DNA of 64,000 nucleotides, from contig JAWLHY010000004.1 of assembly GCA_041690135.1 (NCBI GenBank), forward strand, positions 224,001-288,000, read 5' to 3'. Under the pieces are notes generated by a model. The model was not told the origin of the DNA. It did not search any database and saw only the letters and a list, made by a program, of their open reading frames with translations. Positions 57,563 to 64,000 of this stretch are shown here, in pieces. The DNA is from Armatimonadota bacterium (GTDB taxonomy: Bacteria > Armatimonadota > SYMT01). A program made the position numbers and the translations under genes. Numbering within the stretch: the first letter of the stretch is position 1; each line of letters opens with the position of its first letter.

Positions 57563-59482
57563 ATGCGCCTTGTCTTCCCCTCCATCCCGGTCCTCACCAG
57601 TCTCCTGCTCCTCCTCGGGATTGTCGCGGTCTCCCACGCCACGGCCCAGGGCGCGGCGCTCCCACCCCCCGACCTCCGGGAGTACGAGGCCCGCGTGGCG
57701 CCCCTGCTGAAATCGCACTGCGTGGGCTGCCACAACGCGGAGAAGGCTGAAGGGGGCATCGATCTGTCTCGCCTGGGACCGCCCGCGGAGGCCGCTCGCC
57801 GGCGGGGAGTCTGGCGGCGCGCTGCGGCGCGGGTTGCGGCGGGGGAGATGCCTCCGCGCGGCGCGAAAGGTCTTTCCCGGCGGGACCGCACCCGGATGGT
57901 GCGCTGGATGCAGTCCGCCGCGGAGCACCTGGACCCCAACGACCCGACCGCGCGAGATCCGGGACCCTCCGTACTGCGGCGCCTGACCCGGACGGAGTAT
58001 GACCGCACCGTCCGCGATCTGTTCGGGATCTCCTTCGACTCCGGCCGCGAAGTGGGCCTGCCCGGCTCGGAGGGCGCGACCCGGTTCGACAACCAGGCCG
58101 CCGCCCTGACGCTTTCACCCGCGTTGCTGGACAAGTACCTGGCCGCGGCGGAGAAGGTCACCGAGCATGTGTTCGACGACCCGCGTGCCCGGAAGCGCCT
58201 GCTCGTGCCGGAACCCGAGGCGGGTGTCCCCGAGCGAGAAGCCGCGCGCCGGATACTCGTCCCGCTCCTGCGCCGGGCCTATCGTCGGCCGGCGACCCCC
58301 ACGGAGGTCGACCGTTTCCTGAAGGTCTACGACACCGCCACCCATGGAGCCCAGGGAGGCGGAGACCTGGAGACCGGAATGCGCGCGGTTTTGAAGCCGG
58401 TTCTCATCTCCCCGCACTTCCTCTACCGCATCGAGCAGGACCGTCCCGGCGCGGGTCCCCAGCGAGTCAGCGACCACGAACTCGCGGTCCGTCTCTCCTA
58501 CTTCCTGTGGTCGGCGCCGCCGGACGACGCGCTCGCCGCTCTCGCCGACGCCGGCCGGCTCTCCGATCCGGAAGTATTGGAAGCGCAGGTCCGCCGAATG
58601 CTCGCCCACCCTCAGGCTCGCGCCCTCACCGACGGCTTCGGCATTCAATGGCTCCAGTTGGATGAGTTGAGCCGGGCCCGGCCCAGCACGGAGTTCTTCC
58701 CCAGCTTCACGCGGCGGCTGCGGCAGGCGATGTACGACGAAACAGCGACCTTCTTCGACAGGCTCCGCACGGAAGACCGCAGCGTCCTGGAGTTGCTGGA
58801 TGCCGATTACACCTACGCCAACGCGGAACTGGCGGCGCACTACGGCATCGAGGGCATTACCGGTAGAGACCTGCAGCGCGTTACGCTCCGCCCAGAGCAC
58901 CGCCGCGGGGGATTGCTGGGAATGGGGAGTGTCCTCGCGCTTACCTCGCACACCCACCGCACCAGCCCCACCCTGCGGGGCAAATATATCCTCGACGTGA
59001 TCTTCGGCACGCCCCCACCGCCTCCGCCGCCGGACGCCGGTTTGCTGAAGGAAGAGAAGGGGAAAGAGCCCAGGAGTTTCCGCGAGCAACTGGCCCTGCA
59101 CGCCTCGAATGCGTCCTGCGTGGGATGTCACCGGAAGCTCGATCCGCTGGGCTTCGCGCTAGAGAACTACGACGCCGTGGGCGCCTGGCGGGAAACCAGC
59201 CCGGAACGTCCGCTGGACACCACGGGCGAACTGCCCACCGGCGAGAAGCTGCGCGGGGCCGCCGACCTGAAGCAGGTCCTCCTGAAGCGGAAGGGAGAGT
59301 TCGTCCGCAACCTCGCGGGCCAACTGCTGTCGTATGCCCTGGGACGCGAACTGGAGGACCAGGACGAACACACGCTCCGGCGGCTCACCGCCGACCTGGA
59401 GCGGGATGGCTACCGGTTCTCCACGCTGGTAGTGGGAATCACGCGAAGCCCGCAGTTTCTGTACCGGAGAGGTAAACCATGA
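57563..59482 (+). CDS. Cytochrome c / DUF1587-DUF1595-DUF1592-DUF1588-DUF1585 protein
   Basis: CVGCH, LRRLTRTEY..TVRDL, SPHFLYR, ELAVRLSYFLW, RGGLL, TSPTLRG and CVGCHRKLDPLGF. Confidence 0.93.
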   Translation: MRLVFPSIPVLTSLLLLLGIVAVSHATAQGAALPPPDLREYEARVAPLLKSHCVGCHNAEKAEGGIDLSRLGPPAEAARRRGVWRRAAARVAAGEMPPRGAKGLSRRDRTRMVRWMQSAAEHLDPNDPTARDPGPSVLRRLTRTEYDRTVRDLFGISFDSGREVGLPGSEGATRFDNQAAALTLSPALLDKYLAAAEKVTEHVFDDPRARKRLLVPEPEAGVPEREAARRILVPLLRRAYRRPATPTEVDRFLKVYDTATHGAQGGGDLETGMRAVLKPVLISPHFLYRIEQDRPGAGPQRVSDHELAVRLSYFLWSAPPDDALAALADAGRLSDPEVLEAQVRRMLAHPQARALTDGFGIQWLQLDELSRARPSTEFFPSFTRRLRQAMYDETATFFDRLRTEDRSVLELLDADYTYANAELAAHYGIEGITGRDLQRVTLRPEHRRGGLLGMGSVLALTSHTHRTSPTLRGKYILDVIFGTPPPPPPPDAGLLKEEKGKEPRSFREQLALHASNASCVGCHRKLDPLGFALENYDAVGAWRETSPERPLDTTGELPTGEKLRGAADLKQVLLKRKGEFVRNLAGQLLSYALGRELEDQDEHTLRRLTADLERDGYRFSTLVVGITRSPQFLYRRGKP

Positions 59483-60924
59483 ACCGACGCGCCGTACTCC
59501 GCGGGGCGGGCGCCGCCGTGGCGCTCCCCTTCCTGGAGTCGCTGATCCCCGCCATGGCGCGGGCGCAGGGAATGCCCGTGCCCCGCGAGGTCCAGCCGCC
59601 CCGGCGGCTGGGGATCGTCACGGTTACCGGCGGCACGGTGATCGAGTCGTGGCGCGCCCCGGAAGAGGGCCCCCTCACGCGTCTCCCTTCCATCCTGCGC
59701 CCGCTGGAGTTCGCCCGCGACGACATGCTCCTGCTCTCCGGCCTCTCGCAGTCCGGCCGCAGCGAGAACCTGAACGCGCACGAGCACTGCGCCTACCTCC
59801 ACCTCACCTGCGCCGACCAGGTCCGGAAAGAGGCCGGGAAACCCATCGCGGCGATCTCCGTGGACCAGCTTGCCGCGCGGGCGGTCGGCGGGAATACCCT
59901 CTTTCCCTCGCTGGAGTTCGGCCTCAGCAACCACGAAACGAAGTACTCCTTCCGGGCGCCGGAGGAACCGGTCCCCTACGAGCCGAACCCGCGGCTCGTT
60001 TTCGAGCGGATGTTCCGGGGCCGCACCCCCGTCGCCCCAAACTGGGCGCGGCGCGCGGCGGCCCGCGGTGAGGCGGTCCGGAAGACGGCCACGACGGGTT
60101 CCTACGACCGGAGCGTGATCGACCTGGTGCTGGAAGAGGCGAAGGACCTGCGCGGAAGACTGGGCCGCGGCGACCAGGAGAAGCTGGAGGAATACCTCCA
60201 CTCCGTGCGTTCGGTGGAGCAGCGGCTCTCTTTCCTCGAGGCGAAGCTGGCGGAGGAGTTGCGGGACCTGGCCGACCCCGGCCCCTCGAAGATCGTCCTG
60301 CCGGCGAACCTGCCGCCGGCGGGCTTGCCGTTCCACAAGCTGGACGGCGAAATTCACCGGGACCCGGAGAAGCACGAGGAGTACATCCGCCTGATGTCCG
60401 ACCTGCTGGTGCTGGCCTTCCAGACCGACACCACGCGGGTGGCCACCCTGGCGATCGGCAGCGACGGCGCCTATTTCCCCGGCGTGGTGACCGTGGGCTA
60501 CGAACGCCACTGCCACACCCTGGAGCACCAGGGCAACGCCGCGCGCGTGGACCAGGCCGACCCCATCGCACGAGAGGCCTGTCGCCAGATCCACGCCTGG
60601 TACACCGCCCTGTTCGCGGAGATGGTCCGCAAGATGAAAGCGATCGACGAGGGCGGCTCTTCCCTGTTGGACAACACCCTGCTCCTCTACACCTCCTACA
60701 TGGCGGACGGGGGCCACGGCCGGAATGATTACCCGATCCTGCTGCTGGGGAAGGGCGGAGGCACGCTCAAGCCGGGCCGCCAGATCAACTACCAGCCGAA
60801 GACGCCGGTCGCCAACCTGTATGTGGAGCTTCTGGACCGGATGGGCGTGAAGGTCGACCAGTTCGGCGACAGCAAAAGCTCGAAGCACGCCGCCTACAAC
60901 GGCCGGTTGCCGGGGCTGGTGTAG
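59479..60924 (+). CDS. DUF1552 family protein
   Basis: NRRAVLRGAG..VALPFLES, ISVDQ, LAFQTDTTRV, H..EH and LLDNT; coupled to the upstream gene. Confidence 0.92.
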   Translation: MNRRAVLRGAGAAVALPFLESLIPAMARAQGMPVPREVQPPRRLGIVTVTGGTVIESWRAPEEGPLTRLPSILRPLEFARDDMLLLSGLSQSGRSENLNAHEHCAYLHLTCADQVRKEAGKPIAAISVDQLAARAVGGNTLFPSLEFGLSNHETKYSFRAPEEPVPYEPNPRLVFERMFRGRTPVAPNWARRAAARGEAVRKTATTGSYDRSVIDLVLEEAKDLRGRLGRGDQEKLEEYLHSVRSVEQRLSFLEAKLAEELRDLADPGPSKIVLPANLPPAGLPFHKLDGEIHRDPEKHEEYIRLMSDLLVLAFQTDTTRVATLAIGSDGAYFPGVVTVGYERHCHTLEHQGNAARVDQADPIAREACRQIHAWYTALFAEMVRKMKAIDEGGSSLLDNTLLLYTSYMADGGHGRNDYPILLLGKGGGTLKPGRQINYQPKTPVANLYVELLDRMGVKVDQFGDSKSSKHAAYNGRLPGLV

Positions 60925-60927
60925 CCC

Positions 60928-61857
60928 ATGGCGGAAGGTCCGGGCGAGGGGAAGAACGGCGCCGGGCTGTTCGTGGCGGCGGGACACAACGGGCTGCGCC
61001 TGGTCTCCCGCGACGGGGTGAAGTGGGAAGGCCAGCAGCTCGGCCGGGAGGGCGAGACCTTCCAGAACGTCTGCTTCGGCGGGGGGCGCTGCGTGGTAGC
61101 CGGTCGCTTTGGGGGCAGCAACCTCTTTGTCGTGACCACCAACGGCCAGGAGTGGAAAAGCTTCACCCGCGACGCCCGTTACTCCCGCTACGTGCTGGGC
61201 ATGTGCTACGGCCAGGAGGAATTCCTCGCGCTCGGCGGAGATCCCGGAGCGGTCGGCGCCTCGAAGCCGTTCGTTCTCACGGCGCGTGATGGGGAAGCCT
61301 GGAGCGAGAACCGGGAGATTGGCGGCAATGAGGTGCTCCGGCGCGCGGTCCGGGGGCGCGAGCGTTTCGTGGCCGCCGGAGACCGCGGCCGGCGGGCAAC
61401 CTCCGCGAATGGCCGGACGTGGGAGGACGTGCCCGGCACCCGCGCCGCGGATACCCTGATCGACCTCGCCTATGGCAACGGCGTCTTCGTGGGCGTCGGG
61501 CTCCACGGCCTCCGAATGACGAGCCCCGATGGCGTCACCTGGAACCAGCGGTTCACCGGCGAGGAAGGCGAACACCTGAACTCCATCCTCTGGGACGGCG
61601 CCCGCTTCGTTGCGGTCGGCCTGGGAGCGACCTACTTCTCGCCCGACGGGGTCGCCTGGGAGCGCCGCCCGAACCGGAACGCCCCCCTCACCGCCTGCCA
61701 CGGAAACGGCATCTTCGTGGGCGCCGCCTGGAAGGGCCGCCTCCTCCGCTCCCCGGACGCCGTCAATTGGGAGCCCGTCCACCGCGCCGAGCACCACGTC
61801 GAAGCTGTGGGGTTCGGAACCCTGGGAGAGGATAAGGATAAAGAAGAACGCGGATAA
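60928..61857 (+). CDS. BNR/YVTN-like repeat beta-propeller protein
   Basis: Repeats of FV.VG..G...S.DG..W (SRDGVKW, SPDGVTW, SPDGVAW, SPDAVNW). Confidence 0.8.
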   Translation: MAEGPGEGKNGAGLFVAAGHNGLRLVSRDGVKWEGQQLGREGETFQNVCFGGGRCVVAGRFGGSNLFVVTTNGQEWKSFTRDARYSRYVLGMCYGQEEFLALGGDPGAVGASKPFVLTARDGEAWSENREIGGNEVLRRAVRGRERFVAAGDRGRRATSANGRTWEDVPGTRAADTLIDLAYGNGVFVGVGLHGLRMTSPDGVTWNQRFTGEEGEHLNSILWDGARFVAVGLGATYFSPDGVAWERRPNRNAPLTACHGNGIFVGAAWKGRLLRSPDAVNWEPVHRAEHHVEAVGFGTLGEDKDKEERG

Positions 61858-61871
61858 AGAAAAAGACCCAA

Positions 61872-62036
61872 GATCGGCTGCAGTTGGACTGCAGCCGAAA
61901 CACTTCGTGCGCAGTTGCACTGCGCCCCCCCGACCCGGTGCCAGCATTGGCGATCCTGGTAATCCGGGGCTACAGCGATTTCAGGGCTTCAGCAGGCAAC
62001 CCGTCACCGCCTTGGGGCTACCCGCCGTATGCCTGC
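61872..62036 (-). repeat. Dispersed ~170-bp repeat, copy B
   Basis: Its reverse complement aligns with 1448-1615. Confidence 0.8.
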
Positions 62037-62057
62037 CCGTAAGCGAGTTTACTTCGC

Positions 62058-63203
62058 ATGCTGGAATCTTACCGCCAACTCCTGGATCGCCTGCGCCCCG
62101 ACCAGAATGCGTGGGCCGAAGTTGCCTTTGCGCCGACCGGCGAGGATGAGGACTGGGAGGATCTCCATGCACGCAGCCGCTACGGAGCGCTGCTCTGTCT
62201 CCAGTACGACCGTCGCGAGACGGATCAGGACCTCATCCGCTACCTCTGCGAGCAGGAGGTGGTCGCGGCGGAAGAGTCTCCCTGGTCAGGGCTCACCCAC
62301 GCGCTAACGCTCGGCGTCTTCCTGCTGGCGCGCTTCCGGGACCCGGCAGATCTTCCGGGCCTCTGGCGGGCGAAACGGGCGAACTTTGATACCTGGCTGG
62401 GCCTCGACCACCGGTATCTCCTGGTGGCCGGCCTGGACGACTGGAACCGTTTCCACGATCAGCTTTCGCCGGAAGAGCAAGAAGCCTTCCACACGCTGGC
62501 CGCACACCTCCCTGCCAGCACTCCGGAGAAGCTCGCCGGGTGGTGGGCGAGCCAGGAACGGGCATTTCCGGACCACGAAGCCGGTGAGGACCCAATGGCC
62601 CTGGTGGAGCGCGCGCTGGACCTGGGTGACCCGGCAGCCGGGCAAGAATGGCTGGATCGCTGGGAAGACCAGCGAGAGTTGAGCGAGGCCGATCTCCACA
62701 CCCTGCGCTACTACCGGGAGCAACTGGGACAGCCCGAACGGGCCCTCGACTGCGCACACCGGCTGGTCGAGATCCATCGGAACGAACCCTGTCTGGAGGT
62801 GTCCAGCCGCCGCGAGGCGGCCCATCTGCTAATCACCCTGGAGCGCTGGGCCGAAGCCGGGACTGAGCTGGAAGTAGCCCGCGAACGGCTGTTGCAGATC
62901 CCGGACGCCCTGGAAACCGGACTCTCCCGCTCCACGGTCGAGACCATGTTCGAACTGACCACGACGACGGAGTGCCCCCTCGACCTGCGCCGCCGGATGC
63001 TGGACCTGGCCGGGGAGCTGCTCGCGGCCGGCGTGCGGCCTTCCCTGGTGCTGCTGGAGAAGGCGGTCGCGGCCGCGGAGAGCCTGGGTGAGGAAACGCT
63101 CTCCGGAACTTATCGGCGGCTCTGCGACGAGGAGAGTGTCCGCATTGAAGCTGCGCTGAAAGCGGCGACCAGTTCCCGTGACCCGCACCGCACAGGTACT
63201 TGA
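62058..63203 (+). CDS. Hypothetical helical-repeat (TPR-like) protein
   Basis: 381-aa ORF; LWRAK.ANFDT motif; helical C-terminal half. Confidence 0.65.
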   Translation: MLESYRQLLDRLRPDQNAWAEVAFAPTGEDEDWEDLHARSRYGALLCLQYDRRETDQDLIRYLCEQEVVAAEESPWSGLTHALTLGVFLLARFRDPADLPGLWRAKRANFDTWLGLDHRYLLVAGLDDWNRFHDQLSPEEQEAFHTLAAHLPASTPEKLAGWWASQERAFPDHEAGEDPMALVERALDLGDPAAGQEWLDRWEDQRELSEADLHTLRYYREQLGQPERALDCAHRLVEIHRNEPCLEVSSRREAAHLLITLERWAEAGTELEVARERLLQIPDALETGLSRSTVETMFELTTTTECPLDLRRRMLDLAGELLAAGVRPSLVLLEKAVAAAESLGEETLSGTYRRLCDEESVRIEAALKAATSSRDPHRTGT

Positions 63204-63266
63204 GCCTCGTATGCACCAAGGCGGAGTGGACACTTGAGAGCCCCAAAGTGACACCGGGTATTCATC

Positions 63267-63356
63267 AGCCCCGGAGGGGCGTTAGACAATAGCCGGGTGG
63301 CGTCAGCCCCCGGTAATCCCAGGCCTCACAATCCAAGCCCCGGAGGGGCGGCAGAG
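63267..63356 (+). repeat. REP-like ~90-bp element, copy 3
   Basis: AGCCCCGGAGGGGCG..TAGCCGGGTGGCGTCAGCCCCCGG..AGCCCCGGAGGGGCGGCAGAG. Confidence 0.8.
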
Positions 63357-63623
63357 AAAAGGCGCTGAAAGGTGCTGGTTTGCCACCTCCCCGGCCACAA
63401 ACACTGGCCCACCATTCGCCGGAAGAGGGGCTCCGGAACCTGGGTTGATGAACAATACGGGATTCCAAGCCCGCCATCGCGAATTGCCGGACTATCGTCC
63501 GGACTCCCACCGTTCTCAACACCTCGTTGGCTGGGCAGTGCCGGTAGCTGCCACTCAGATCGCCAAATCGGAATGGCCTCTGACCTTGCACCCGCGAAAG
63601 TAGGGCAGGCTCTCCGATGCCTG

Positions 63624-63731
63624 CCTCGCGCTGGATCCGCACCCGTCACGCCGGGTGGGCAGGGTTGACGTGATCCGGGTAGCAAGGGCGTAACCCCTCG
63701 CGCTGGATCCGTACCCGTATTGCCGGGTGGC
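63624..63731 (+). repeat. Two ~36-bp imperfect direct repeats, 72-bp period
   Basis: CCTCGCGCTGGATCCG(C/T)ACCCGT...GCCGGGTGG at 63624 and 63696. Confidence 0.7.
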
Positions 63732-63762
63732 CCCCCGCTTCCACCTATGGGACCCGGACCCG

Positions 63763-63999
63763 CTACGGCTTGTAGTTCGGGTTGGGGATGGGTGATTGGG
63801 CTCCCACCTCCCGGCGCCACTGGTCGAGGCGGCGGTGGAACTCCCGAACCTTTTCCGGGCGCTCGGAGGCGAGATTCCGCTTCTCTCCGGGGTCGTTTTT
63901 CAGGTCGTAGAGCTCCAGGCGCCCATCTTCGTAGAACTCCAGCAGCTTATAGTCGCCGTCCCGGATGGCGCTGTAAGGGGTAGCGCCGCCGGGGTGATA
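63763..63999 (-). CDS. Sulfatase C-terminus (gene starts beyond the window)
   Basis: Manual translation gives ...PYSAIRDGDYKLLEFYEDGRLELYDLKNDPGEKRNLA...PNPNYKP*. Confidence 0.85.
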   Translation of the reverse strand, partial: YHPGGATPYSAIRDGDYKLLEFYEDGRLELYDLKNDPGEKRNLASERPEKVREFHRRLDQWRREVGAQSPIPNPNYKP

Positions 64000-64000
64000 G

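Noticed and set aside
59410-61947. Long antisense or alternate-frame ORFs (also 2660-4642, 29238-31160, 37204-39363, 43403-45034)
   Set aside because: These are shadow ORFs of high-GC genes, overlapping well-supported CDSs and lacking motifs.

Overview
High-GC bacterial DNA, probably Armatimonadota or a PVC-type organism. This is inferred from an Armatimonadetes-style prepilin/DUF1559 gene, three planctomycete-type cytochrome c/DUF1501/DUF1552 pairs and sulfatases. I found no rRNA, tRNA, CRISPR array or intact transposase. Two loci stand out. (1) An accessory block at ~9.8-29 kb centres on an operon encoding an ECF sigma factor, a twin zinc-finger anti-sigma-like protein, a Lon-type protease domain/TIR/AAA_35 NTPase fusion and an AAA_35/TM/WD40 protein. 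This resembles a sensor-NTPase-triggered protease/anti-sigma/sigma cascade. It is flanked by an orphan secretin-like gene, a permuted NlpC/P60 gene, a tyrosinase-like gene and tandem heme peroxidases. (2) A 47-55.4 kb operon combines a cysteine desulfurase, a GcvH-like carrier, a CobW-type GTPase, Fe-S proteins, a radical SAM enzyme, a DUF116-polyprenyl synthase and a prenyltransferase-repeat protein. A perfect 30-bp inverted repeat brackets two of its genes. Several families of REP/BIME-like intergenic repeats are also present. All family calls come from motif recognition by eye; no searches were run.
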